From an uncultured Atribacterota bacterium (GTDB taxonomy: Bacteria > Atribacterota > Phoenicimicrobiia > Phoenicimicrobiales > Stramentimicrobiaceae), in assembly GCA_964458635.1 (NCBI GenBank), contig CAYWJZ010000004.1:1-28534 (forward strand): DNA of 28,534 nt, given 5' to 3'. The notes under the pieces were generated by a model that searched no databases, had not been told where the DNA came from, and saw only the letters and a program-made list of their open reading frames with translations. Below, in pieces: positions 16,372 to 25,835 of this stretch. A program made the position numbers and the translations under genes. Positions within the stretch are counted from its first letter, which is position 1, and the number at the start of each line of letters is the position of its first letter.

Positions 16372-17665
16372 GGATATAGCTATAGAGGGTATAAAAGACA
16401 GAAAGGTTAAAGGTATAATCACAGTACCCGGTGATAAGTCAATTACCCATCGTGCAATTATCCTGGCTTCAATTGCTCGGGGAGAATCCAGGGTCCATAA
16501 TTATCTGGATAGTTTGGATTGTAAAAATACTTTAAAGTGTATGCAGGCACTGGGTATTAAAATTGAAAAAATAAATAATACTCTTTTAAAAATAAAAGGG
16601 AAAGGCCTTCATGGATTACAGGCCCCAAAAGATGTTCTTGATGTGGGTAATTCCGGAACAACTATGAGATTATTATCCGGATTATTAAGCGGACAGGATT
16701 TTTGTAGCGTAATAGATGGAGATGATTCTATACGAAGAAGGCCAATGAAAAGAATTATTCAACCATTATCCTTAATGAATGCCCGGATAAAAGGAGTATT
16801 TAATATTAATTTCGCTCCATTAAGCATCATTGGAAGCAAACTACAGGGAATTGAGTATACTTTGCCGGTAGCAAGTGCACAGGTCAAGTCTGCCATTTTG
16901 TTAGCCGGTCTTTATGCAGAAGGAGATACAATTATCAGGGAGCCGGAAGTTACCAGGGACCACACGGAGAGGATGTTAATCTCAATGCAGGCAAATATTC
17001 AATCTTCTCCCGATCATAAGATAAAAATAAATTCTGATAAAGTCTTAACAGGAATTGATATTGATATTCCCGGAGATATTTCATCTGCCGCTTATTTCCT
17101 GGCAGCGGGATGTGCTAGAGAAGGTTCTGAGGTAACAATTAACAATGTCGGTATTAATCCGACTCGTATTGGATTTATTGATGTGTTAGAAAAAATGGGT
17201 TCACAGTTGGAATTGGTAAATCAAACAAATATTTCCAATGAGCCCAGGGCAGATATTAAAATTAAGGGTTCTTTGTTGAAGGGAATACATATTGATAAAG
17301 ATATGATTGCCGGTATTATCGATGAATTGCCCTTGGTTGCAGTGATTGCGACACAAGCTAGAGGAAAAACAGTGGTTAAAGATGCCCGGGAACTACGGGT
17401 AAAAGAAACTGATCGTATCAAAGCAATTGTAGATAGTTTATCGAGAATGGGGGCAAAGATATCAGAAAGAGATGATGGTTTTGAAGTGATTGGTCCAACA
17501 GAATTAACCGGAAGTGCGGTAAATAGCTACCATGATCATCGTATTGCCATGTCCCTGGCAATAGCAGCTTCTTATGCCGAGGGCAAAACAATAATTCAGG
17601 AAACCCAGTGTATGGATGTTTCTTATCCGGAATTTATGAAAGTTTATTATAAAATATTTCATTAA
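16370..17665 (+). CDS. aroA: 3-phosphoshikimate 1-carboxyvinyltransferase (EPSP synthase)
   Basis: PGDKSITHRA, GNSGTTMR, ASAQVKSA, TRDHTE, PGDISSA, RVKETDR, DHRIAM. TTG start. Confidence 0.96.
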   Translation: MDIAIEGIKDRKVKGIITVPGDKSITHRAIILASIARGESRVHNYLDSLDCKNTLKCMQALGIKIEKINNTLLKIKGKGLHGLQAPKDVLDVGNSGTTMRLLSGLLSGQDFCSVIDGDDSIRRRPMKRIIQPLSLMNARIKGVFNINFAPLSIIGSKLQGIEYTLPVASAQVKSAILLAGLYAEGDTIIREPEVTRDHTERMLISMQANIQSSPDHKIKINSDKVLTGIDIDIPGDISSAAYFLAAGCAREGSEVTINNVGINPTRIGFIDVLEKMGSQLELVNQTNISNEPRADIKIKGSLLKGIHIDKDMIAGIIDELPLVAVIATQARGKTVVKDARELRVKETDRIKAIVDSLSRMGAKISERDDGFEVIGPTELTGSAVNSYHDHRIAMSLAIAASYAEGKTIIQETQCMDVSYPEFMKVYYKIFH

Positions 17666-17684
17666 CAATATAAGGAGAAAAATT

Positions 17685-18554
17685 ATGGGCATTAAAACTT
17701 CAATTATTGGATTATTGGGGGAACATATAGAAAAAAGCCTTTCTCCTTTTATACATCAGCATTTTATTCGTTACTATTCTTTGAATTACCATTATTATCC
17801 TTTTCAAATAGCCGTTGACGATTTACGGGAGGCAATATTAGGAGTAAAAGCGTTAGGTATCCGGGGGGTAAATATTACTATTCCTTTTAAAGAAAGATCA
17901 ATGGAATTTATGGATTTCATTGATCCCCAGTCAGCAAAAATTGGAGCGATCAATACTGTAGTGAGTCATAATAATAGGTTGTATGGCTACAATACAGACC
18001 GTATTGGATTTAAACTGCCCCTGGTGAAAGATAGCAGAGTTGAACTTGCTGATAAGAAGGCCGTTGTTTTGGGAGCCGGAGGTGCAGCGAAGGCTGTGGT
18101 TTTTTCTCTGGCAGAAGAGGGTTGTTCCGGAATATCAATTTTCAACAGAAGCCTGCAGAATGCCCAGCAGATAAAAAAGAATTTTGAAGCCCTGTTTCCT
18201 CATTGTACGATAAAAGTATTTTCATTTCACGATAAAAACATGCAGAAAGAAATTAATGAAGCAGATCTGATTATTAATACTACACCACTGGGTAGCTGGT
18301 ATTATCCCGAAGAAAATCCTTTGCCTGAATATATTAAATTACCATTAAAATTATTTGTTTATGACCTTATTTATAATCCAGACAGAACTCCTTTGCTAAA
18401 AAAAGCAGAAAAGAATGGTAATAAAACAATAAACGGAAAAGCAATGCTGATATACCAGGCAGCCGAGAGTTTCTATTTATGGACCGATATTCGTCCTGAT
18501 CAGAAGATCATGACTCATGTATTGGATGAAATAGCGAAAAAGCTTTATATTTAA
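17685..18554 (+). CDS. aroE: Shikimate dehydrogenase
   Basis: SLSP..H, GVNITIPFK, AINT, GYNTD, LGAGGAA, NR, IINTTPLG, DLIYNP, ML.YQA. Confidence 0.95.
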   Translation: MGIKTSIIGLLGEHIEKSLSPFIHQHFIRYYSLNYHYYPFQIAVDDLREAILGVKALGIRGVNITIPFKERSMEFMDFIDPQSAKIGAINTVVSHNNRLYGYNTDRIGFKLPLVKDSRVELADKKAVVLGAGGAAKAVVFSLAEEGCSGISIFNRSLQNAQQIKKNFEALFPHCTIKVFSFHDKNMQKEINEADLIINTTPLGSWYYPEENPLPEYIKLPLKLFVYDLIYNPDRTPLLKKAEKNGNKTINGKAMLIYQAAESFYLWTDIRPDQKIMTHVLDEIAKKLYI

Positions 18555-18573
18555 TTTTAATGTATGGGAGGAT

Positions 18574-19752
18574 ATGCGGAAGATGTTGCGTTTTTTAGAT
18601 GCAGGTGAATCACATGGAAAATGTTTGTTGGGTATTATCGAGGGTTTTCCGGGTGGTTTCACTTTAGATAGTGAGGCTATAAACAAGGAACTGCAAAGAA
18701 GGCAGGGTGGATATGGCAGGGGAAATAGGATGAATATTGAAAGGGATCGTATTGATATTTTATCGGGAGTTATCTCTGGTAAGACCATAGGGAGTCCGAT
18801 AGGGTTGATGATTAAAAATAAGGATTGGGAGAATCAAAAAATAGAAGATCGGGAAAATTTAACAGTTCCAAGACCCGGACACGCTGATTTGGCCGGTGTA
18901 TTAAAATATAATCTGAATGATTACCGATCCATTTTAGAAAGGGCAAGTGCCCGTAAAACAGCCATGCGAGTAGCTATCGGTTCGGTTGCCGGGGAATTGT
19001 TAAAATATTTCTCTATTTTTACCTATAGTCATGTTGTTCGTATTGGCCAAATATCAGCCGAAAATAGAATAGTGAGCCTGAAGAAAGAACGAGAAAATAA
19101 TATTAAAAAAAAGATTAACCAATCATCAGTCTACTGTTTGGATTCAAATATTTCTGAAAAAATGTCTCAGGAGATAGACCGGGCTAAAAATGATGGAGAT
19201 TCATTGGGTGGCTTATTTGAAATAATAGTGCAGAATCTTCCTCCTGGTTTGGGAAGTCATGTTTTTTGGGATAGAAGAATTGATACCCGTATTGCGGGAG
19301 CTATTATGAGCATTCCCAGCGTTAAAGCAGTAGAAATTGGTGAGGGAATCAAAGGTTCAGAAAATAGAGGTTCTCAAGTTCAGGATGCTATTTATTATAA
19401 AGACGGACAGAATAAAAAATATAACAGAGTAGATTATTTTCGGGAAAAGAATTGGGCCGGAGGAATAGAAGGAGGTATAACCAACGGAGAAGATGTGATA
19501 GTTCGTGTTTATGTAAAACCCATTCCTACCTTACGCAAACCTCTTTCTTCGGTTGATTTAATAAGTAAAAAAGAAACAAAGGCAAATTATCAGCGATCTG
19601 ATGTTTGTGCAGTTCCGGCTGCAAGCGTTATTGGAGAAGCTGTGGTTAATTGGGAATTAGCAGCTGCCTTTATAGAGAAATTTGCCGGAGATTCTATTTG
19701 TGAAGTCGAATCCAATTATGGACATTATCTGGAGAGGCTAAAAAATTGTTAA
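18574..19752 (+). CDS. aroC: Chorismate synthase
   Basis: LRFLDAGESHG, RRQGGYGRG, PRPGHAD, ERASAR, GDSLGG, AGGIEGGITNG, KPIPTL, RSDVCAVP. The true start is probably the ATG at 18583, because SD GGGAGG is only 2 nt from 18574. Confidence 0.96.
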   Translation: MRKMLRFLDAGESHGKCLLGIIEGFPGGFTLDSEAINKELQRRQGGYGRGNRMNIERDRIDILSGVISGKTIGSPIGLMIKNKDWENQKIEDRENLTVPRPGHADLAGVLKYNLNDYRSILERASARKTAMRVAIGSVAGELLKYFSIFTYSHVVRIGQISAENRIVSLKKERENNIKKKINQSSVYCLDSNISEKMSQEIDRAKNDGDSLGGLFEIIVQNLPPGLGSHVFWDRRIDTRIAGAIMSIPSVKAVEIGEGIKGSENRGSQVQDAIYYKDGQNKKYNRVDYFREKNWAGGIEGGITNGEDVIVRVYVKPIPTLRKPLSSVDLISKKETKANYQRSDVCAVPAASVIGEAVVNWELAAAFIEKFAGDSICEVESNYGHYLERLKNC

Positions 19753-20273
19753 AGAGAAATATTTTTATTACCGGTTTTATGGGTACAGGCAAAAGCACTA
19801 TTGCCCACACCTTATCAAACAAAATGGGGAAAAAATGTATAGACATAGATAGTATTATTGAAAATAGGGAAGGAAAGCCCATCGTAAATATTTTTAATGA
19901 AGAGGGTGAAAGTTATTTTCGCAAATTGGAGAAGGAAGTCTTAAAGGAAATTCTAAAGAAAAAAAACTTGATTGTTGCTACCGGCGGAGGGACTTTGCTT
20001 GATGAAGAAAATTTTCAATTAGCTCAAAAAAATGGAATTATTGTTTTGTTAAAGGCAAGACCGGAAGTGATTTTTAATAGATTAAAAAAAGAAAACACCC
20101 GTCCTTTGTTATCAGGGGAAAACATGTTGGAAAAAATTATTTGTTTAATGAATAAGAGAAAAAAGCAATATAGTAGATTTACCAATTGTATAGATACATC
20201 AGATATTCCAGTTGAAGAAGTGGTAAAGAAGGTATTAAAGATTTGTCAGGGAGATGAATATGAAAACAATTGA
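19746..20273 (+). CDS. aroK: Shikimate kinase
   Basis: NIFITGFMGTGKST (P-loop), GESYFRKLE, VATGGG, RPLL. Confidence 0.95.
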   Translation: MLKRNIFITGFMGTGKSTIAHTLSNKMGKKCIDIDSIIENREGKPIVNIFNEEGESYFRKLEKEVLKEILKKKNLIVATGGGTLLDEENFQLAQKNGIIVLLKARPEVIFNRLKKENTRPLLSGENMLEKIICLMNKRKKQYSRFTNCIDTSDIPVEEVVKKVLKICQGDEYENN

Positions 20274-21372
20274 CATGCAATTTGAAAAAAAGTATTACTG
20301 TAAGATGATAATAGGCAATAATATTTTAGCAGACCTTAAAAACAATCTTATCCCTTTATTGCCCGCAAGAGAGGTTATTCTAATTACTAATCCTCTGGTA
20401 AAAAGACTCTATGGTGAACGGTTAGTTTATTCTTTATCCGGAGAAGATATTATCGTAAAAGTCATCGAAGTCCCCGATGGAGAAAAAAATAAGAATATTC
20501 ATGTTGCAGAAAATATATATGACCGACTGTTGGAATTAAAAACGAATCGCTCTACTACACTGATTGCCCTGGGTGGTGGGGTAATTGGAGATCTGGGAGG
20601 GTTTGTCGCTGCAACGTTTATGAGAGGAATTCCCCTGATTCATATCCCCACTACACTTTTAGCGCAGATTGACAGCAGTATCGGAGGAAAAGTAGCGGTG
20701 GATCATCTCAGGGCAAAGAATATTATTGGTAGTTTTTACCAGCCTATTGCCATTTTTACTGACTCTACGGTATTACAAAGCCTGCCGGATATGCATTTAA
20801 AAAATGGACTTGTAGAAGCGATCAAAATTGCTATTATTGGTTCTCCCTCATTTTTCCACTGGCTGGAGGAGAATATTGCTGGTTTATTACAAAAAGAGAG
20901 GGGAGCACTGGATATCCTGGTAAATCAGGCAATACAATTAAAAAGAGATATTATTCTCCAGGATCCATGGGAAAAAAAACACCGGCATTATTTGAATTTG
21001 GGGCATAGCATCGGTCATGCACTGGAAGCAATTGATAGTTACGAAATGCTAACACATGGTGAAGCGGTAGCAGCAGGGTTATTGCTGGAGGCCAGGTTAG
21101 CCTTTCATCGCAATATTTGCTCAAAAGAAGAGATAATAAAAATTGAAAATATTATTAAGAGATTAGAACTTCCCATGAAAATGGATCTCAGACAGATAAA
21201 TATGGAAAAACTCTGGAATATAATCCAACTTGATAAAAAAAATAAGAACGGAGTCACTCGCTTTGTTTTGCCTGAAAAAATCGGGAAAGTACATTTAGTT
21301 CAACCAATTTTTAAGGAAGATGTTGTTCATGTTTTTAATGCTATTTGTGACGGGAAAGAGGTGTTATGGTGA
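20254..21372 (+). CDS. aroB: 3-dehydroquinate synthase
   Basis: PDGEKNK, ALGGGVIGDLGGF, PTTLLAQIDSSIGGK, KNIIGSFYQP, EAIK, LNLGHSIGHA, HGEAVA, DKKN. Confidence 0.96.
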   Translation: MNMKTIDMQFEKKYYCKMIIGNNILADLKNNLIPLLPAREVILITNPLVKRLYGERLVYSLSGEDIIVKVIEVPDGEKNKNIHVAENIYDRLLELKTNRSTTLIALGGGVIGDLGGFVAATFMRGIPLIHIPTTLLAQIDSSIGGKVAVDHLRAKNIIGSFYQPIAIFTDSTVLQSLPDMHLKNGLVEAIKIAIIGSPSFFHWLEENIAGLLQKERGALDILVNQAIQLKRDIILQDPWEKKHRHYLNLGHSIGHALEAIDSYEMLTHGEAVAAGLLLEARLAFHRNICSKEEIIKIENIIKRLELPMKMDLRQINMEKLWNIIQLDKKNKNGVTRFVLPEKIGKVHLVQPIFKEDVVHVFNAICDGKEVLW

Positions 21373-21851
21373 AGATAGGTGTTATTAATGGGCCTAATTT
21401 AAATCAACTGGGCAAAAGGAAAGAGGAACATTACGGTACTATTACTTTGGCAGAGATTAATAATAGATTGGAGAAATATGCACTTGAAATAGGTATTAAG
21501 CTGGAGTTTATTCAGTCAAATTATGAAGGAAAAATCATTGATAGTATCCAATCATTTTCAAATGAGGTAAATGGGATTATTATTAATCCGGGAGCTTTTA
21601 CTCATTATAGCTATGCCATAAGGGATGCCCTGGAAGATTGCTCTATACCGGTTATTGAAGTTCACTTATCCAATATTTTTTCACGAGAGGATTTTCGGGA
21701 AAAATCAGTTACCGTTCCTGTTTGTGACGGACAGATTGTCGGAATGGGTTATTATGGGTATCTTATGGCTATAAAAGGACTTCAATATCTGATTAAAGTG
21801 AAAAATTCCATCAATACCAATAAGGAGGTCTTTGATGAGCGAAGAAAGTGA
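21366..21851 (+). CDS. aroQ: Type II 3-dehydroquinate dehydratase
   Basis: NGPNLNQLGKR...YG, QSNYEG, INPGAFTHYS.AIRDA, EVHLSNI..RE.FR. Confidence 0.95.
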   Translation: MVKIGVINGPNLNQLGKRKEEHYGTITLAEINNRLEKYALEIGIKLEFIQSNYEGKIIDSIQSFSNEVNGIIINPGAFTHYSYAIRDALEDCSIPVIEVHLSNIFSREDFREKSVTVPVCDGQIVGMGYYGYLMAIKGLQYLIKVKNSINTNKEVFDERRK

Positions 21852-22716
21852 CTTTAAAAAAATAACCATTATTGGTACCGGTCTAATCGGGGGGTCGATT
21901 GGTCTAGCTTTGAAAAAAAGTGCTTATTCCGGCCAAATTTTTGGAATTGATAGAAAAGTAATAATTGCAAAAGCAATTCATTGTGGTGCAATCGATCAGG
22001 GGAGTGAAAAGATCGAAGAAGGTGTAAAAAATGCAGATATGATTGTTCTGGCTACTCCGGTTAGAGATATCATTGTATCAATGAACTTGATTAAACCTTA
22101 TTTATCAAAAAATTCTCTGGTTACCGATACAGGAAGCACCAAGACAGATATTATGGAGGAGGCAGAAAATCTATTTTCAGATAAACATGATTTTATAGGT
22201 GGTCATCCTATGGCCGGTTTGGAAAGAGGCGGAATAGAATATGCCCATCCTGATTTGTTTACAAAAAAGCCTTATATCGTGATTCCCAGCAAAAAAAACA
22301 CCCCTTCAGCAGAATTGAAGATGTCTTCTTTTGTCCAGCGCATCGGAGCTATTGAAATAAAAATGGAAGTGATTGAACATGATCGTGTTGTTGCTTTAAT
22401 AAGCCATCTGCCACAATTGATTGCGGTGTCGATGACTAATATGCTGGGGAGCCTGGTTGAAGAAAAGAATAATCCGGATTATTTTAGAATAGGTGGTAAT
22501 GTATTTAATGAAATGACCCGGGTTGCCAGCAGCCCTTTTACCATATGGAATGATATTTATCAAACCAATGCGAAATGGACGATTAAGGCTATCGAAGAGT
22601 TAGAAGAAATGTTAAACAATATTAAGCAAAAAATTACCAATAATCCTGCCGAATTAGAAAACGATTTTTCAAAAGCAAGGCATTTAAAAGAAAAAATATT
22701 AAAAATAAATAATTAG
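21832..22716 (+). CDS. tyrA: Prephenate dehydrogenase without an ACT domain
   Basis: GTGLIGGS, TDTGSTK, GGHPMAG.E, HDRVVA.ISHLP, MTRVA.S....W.DI. Confidence 0.93.
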   Translation: MMSEESDFKKITIIGTGLIGGSIGLALKKSAYSGQIFGIDRKVIIAKAIHCGAIDQGSEKIEEGVKNADMIVLATPVRDIIVSMNLIKPYLSKNSLVTDTGSTKTDIMEEAENLFSDKHDFIGGHPMAGLERGGIEYAHPDLFTKKPYIVIPSKKNTPSAELKMSSFVQRIGAIEIKMEVIEHDRVVALISHLPQLIAVSMTNMLGSLVEEKNNPDYFRIGGNVFNEMTRVASSPFTIWNDIYQTNAKWTIKAIEELEEMLNNIKQKITNNPAELENDFSKARHLKEKILKINN

Positions 22717-22758
22717 AAATACAGAAAAAATATATTATTAGAAAAGGGGTATAAATCA

Positions 22759-23661
22759 ATGGATGAAAGTGTCGACGAGTATGGAAAGAAAAAAACGGTT
22801 GCTTTACAGGGAGAAATTGGTTCATTCAGTGAGATGGCTGCTCTGCAATATTTTAGTTCTTCTATTGATATAATCTCTTGTAATAGTTTTGAAGAGGTTG
22901 GTGAAAAAGTCAAATCCGGTGAAGCGGAATATGCCATTTTGCCTATAGAAAACTCCCAGACCGGAGGGATTAATCAAGTGCATGACCTATTGTTAAAGGA
23001 AAGTTTGTTTGCAATCGGAGAGGTAGTCTTAAAAATAAAACACTGTTTGATAGCACATAATGATATTAGGATAGAGCAAATTGAGAAGATTTTTTCCCAT
23101 CCACAGGCATTAGCTCAATGTGAAAGATATTTATTAAAGCATTTTCCTGATTGTCAAATCATCCCGGTATATGATACTGCCGGAAGCATAAAACAGATTA
23201 AGGAATCAAGTGACTTGAAGTCAGCAGGTATTGCCAGCAGCAGAGCTGCAAGTTATTACAAGATGAAAATTGTGGATAGCGGGATTGAAGATAACCCTAA
23301 TAATTATACAAGATTTCTGGTATTTTCCTCACAAATAAGGCACCGCCAACATAATAACAAAACATCTATTATTTTTGCCGTAGTGAGTGTCCCGGGTGCG
23401 ATATATAAGTGTCTAAAAGAATTTGCTGTTCGAGATATTAATTTAAGTCGGCTGGAATCCAGGCCAAGTAAGGTAAAGCCCTGGGAATATGTTTTTTATA
23501 TGGATTTTGAGAAAGGATTACAGGAAAAAGTTTCACAGGATGCTTTGCAGTCATTAAAAAAATACACCACTTTCATGAAAATTATTGGAACATACCAATC
23601 CCAATCAAGTGTACTTGCTTCTGCTAAAAAACATCTACAGGATATGCGTAAAGATGAGTGA
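22759..23661 (+). CDS. pheA: Prephenate dehydratase with a C-terminal ACT domain, not fused to chorismate mutase
   Basis: VALQG..GSFS, PIENS..G, SHPQALAQC, DTAGS, NYTRF, KTSIIF, INLSRLESRP, EYVFY.D. Confidence 0.94.
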   Translation: MDESVDEYGKKKTVALQGEIGSFSEMAALQYFSSSIDIISCNSFEEVGEKVKSGEAEYAILPIENSQTGGINQVHDLLLKESLFAIGEVVLKIKHCLIAHNDIRIEQIEKIFSHPQALAQCERYLLKHFPDCQIIPVYDTAGSIKQIKESSDLKSAGIASSRAASYYKMKIVDSGIEDNPNNYTRFLVFSSQIRHRQHNNKTSIIFAVVSVPGAIYKCLKEFAVRDINLSRLESRPSKVKPWEYVFYMDFEKGLQEKVSQDALQSLKKYTTFMKIIGTYQSQSSVLASAKKHLQDMRKDE

Positions 23662-23700
23662 TACTTCTTAAAGCCATCCTGCTATGCAGGTGCAATGTTT
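23660..23700 (+). repeat. Dispersed family B copy abutting the pheA stop; hairpin CCTGC-TAT-GCAGG
   Basis: GATACTTCTTAAAGCCATCCTGCTATGCAGGTGCAATGTTT aligns with 23965-23996 and 28311-28350. Confidence 0.7.
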
Positions 23701-23850
23701 ATTCTTCAATTAAAAAGTCTAATTCTATCCAATGAGTATTTTTAGGAGAAATTTATTCTATGCAAACGCAACAGCATATTAAGGCATGGATTTTTTATTC
23801 TAAATGTTGTAATATAGAAACTGTTATACTATACATAGATAGTTAGCAGA

Positions 23851-23899
23851 TTTATTTAACCATTAGCACCTTCTTAGAAGGTGGTAATGGTTAAATAAA
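23851..23899. repeat. Long palindrome, dispersed family A, copy 2
   Basis: TTTATTTAACCATTA-G-CACCTTC-TTA-GAAGGTG-G-TAATGGTTAAATAAA: 15 bp plus 7 bp stems, one G/G mismatch and a 3-nt loop. Its reverse complement matches 2595-2649. Confidence 0.88.
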
Positions 23900-23942
23900 A
23901 TTGAAAGAAAAAAGAACATAACAAAAAGTAAACTAGAAAAAA

Positions 23943-23997
23943 CAAAACCTCATTTTAGAGGTTTTTAAAGCCATTCGCTATGCGGGTGTGATGTTTT
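23943..23997 (+). repeat. Dispersed family B copy with two hairpins
   Basis: AAAACCTC-ATTTTA-GAGGTTTT (23944-23965) is followed by AAAGC-CATTCGC-TAT-GCGGGTG-TGATGTTT. It aligns over about 55 nt with 28298-28353. Confidence 0.75.
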
Positions 23998-24085
23998 CTG
24001 AATTAATAATTATAAAATTCGGTTCTTGAAAAGATTGTAGTTAATAAAATATATAAATGCCATTGTAAGGAGGCAGCCAGAATCA

Positions 24086-25807
24086 ATGAATGGGAATAAG
24101 TCCAATATTAACAAAGAATCAAGCAACTTTATTCAGGCTATCATAGACCGGGATAAGAGAAACAATAAATACGGTGGGCGTGTTCATCTCCGTTTCCCGC
24201 CGGAACCAAATGGTTATTTACATATCGGTCATGCCAAATCAATATGTCTTAATTTTGGTCTGGCTGAGAAGAACAATGGTTTGTGTAATCTTCGTTTTGA
24301 TGATACTAATCCTTCCAGAGAAGATGTAGAATATATTGAATCAATTATCAAGGATGTTCGCTGGCTGGGATTTGATTGGGGAGATCGCCTTTTTTACGCC
24401 TCCGATTATTTTGAAAGAATGTATCAAGATGCTAAATCATTAATTAAGAAAGGGAAAGCTTATGTGTGTGATTTGGCTCCCGAAGAGATTAAGGAATATC
24501 GGGGAACTTTTACCAACCCGGGAAAGGAAAGTCCTTATCGAAATCGTTCCGTAGAGGAAAACTTAAACCTCTTTGAACAGATGAAAGAAGGGGAATTTGA
24601 GAACGGCTCTAGGGTTTTAAGAGCAAAGATAGATATGAATTCCCCAAATCTAAATATGAGAGATCCGGTATTTTATCGTATAGCAAAAAAAACCCATCAT
24701 CGAACCGGGGACAAATGGTGTATATATCCTATGTATGATTATGCCCATCCTCTGGAAGATTATTATGAAGGAATTACCCATTCTGTTTGCACTTTGGAAT
24801 TTGAAGATCATCGTCCTTTATATGATTGGATACTTCATCAACTGGATTTCACTGAAATACCTCAGCAAATTGAGTTTGCCAGACTGAACCTGACTAATAC
24901 AATAATGAGCAAACGGAAGCTACGTATCCTGGTGGAAGAAGGGTATGTGAAAGGATGGGACGATCCTCGTTTGCCGACTATTTCAGGCTTGCGTCGCAGG
25001 GGTTGCACTCCTCAGGCTATCAGGAATTTTTGTGAACGCATAGGAGTAGCTAAAACCAATAGTATAGTAGATATTCGTTTTTTGGAACACTGCATAAGAG
25101 AGGATTTGAATAAAAGTGCCCATAGAGTAATGGCTGTATTGAATCCATTAAAATTGATAATTGATAATTATCCGGAAGGTCTAATAGAGGAACTTGATAG
25201 TGAAAATAATCCGGAAGACCCTGCTGCCGGGAGTCGGAAAATACCATTTTCAAAAATATTATATATTGAAAGAGAAGATTTTCATGATGATCCTCCCAAA
25301 AAATATTTTCGGTTGGCACCCGGGCGGGAAGTAAGGCTAAAAAATGCCTATATTATTCAATGTCACGATTTTGTCCGAGACAAAGAAACTGGTGAAATTA
25401 AAGAAATTCATTGTACTTATGATGTAGATAGCAGAAGTGGTAAACCGGGAGCCAAAAGAAAAGTTAAAGGCACCCTGCATTGGGTCTCTGCCGAACATGC
25501 TCTGAAGGCTGAGGTTCGTTTATATGATCATCTTCTATTGAATGAAAAAGAAGACCAGCCGGAAGAAGAAAAGGATAATTTTATAAACCAGCTAAACCCG
25601 AATTCTCTGGAGATTTTGCAGGGTTGTTTAGTAGAGCAGAATCTGGCAAATGCTATTACAGGAAACAAGTATCAGTTCATGCGTAAAGGCTATTTTTGTG
25701 TCGATCCTGATTCAAACAAGAAAGGCTTGGTTTTTAACCGAATTGTTTCTTTAAGAGATAGTTGGGAAAAAATAATAAAGACAAACCAGCGTAACGATAA
25801 AAATTGA
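24086..25807 (+). CDS. glnS: Glutamine--tRNA ligase
   Basis: [16 protein letters not shown] (HIGH), [75 protein letters not shown]. Confidence 0.96.
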   Translation: MNGNKSNINKESSNFIQAIIDRDKRNNKYGGRVHLRFPPEPNGYLHIGHAKSICLNFGLAEKNNGLCNLRFDDTNPSREDVEYIESIIKDVRWLGFDWGDRLFYASDYFERMYQDAKSLIKKGKAYVCDLAPEEIKEYRGTFTNPGKESPYRNRSVEENLNLFEQMKEGEFENGSRVLRAKIDMNSPNLNMRDPVFYRIAKKTHHRTGDKWCIYPMYDYAHPLEDYYEGITHSVCTLEFEDHRPLYDWILHQLDFTEIPQQIEFARLNLTNTIMSKRKLRILVEEGYVKGWDDPRLPTISGLRRRGCTPQAIRNFCERIGVAKTNSIVDIRFLEHCIREDLNKSAHRVMAVLNPLKLIIDNYPEGLIEELDSENNPEDPAAGSRKIPFSKILYIEREDFHDDPPKKYFRLAPGREVRLKNAYIIQCHDFVRDKETGEIKEIHCTYDVDSRSGKPGAKRKVKGTLHWVSAEHALKAEVRLYDHLLLNEKEDQPEEEKDNFINQLNPNSLEILQGCLVEQNLANAITGNKYQFMRKGYFCVDPDSNKKGLVFNRIVSLRDSWEKIIKTNQRNDKN

Positions 25808-25835
25808 ACATGTTAAGAAAATTTTAGGTCAGTAT

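Noticed and set aside
23875-23890. T-box-like AGAAGGTGGT upstream of glnS
   Set aside because: It is one arm of the family A palindrome. The following ACCGCG-type bases, a specifier stem and a coupled terminator are not recognisable.
24086-25807. Presence of GlnRS as a novelty
   Set aside because: GlnRS is patchily but widely distributed in bacteria. This copy has a standard architecture with no C-terminal Yqey-like extension, and the host lineage is unknown.
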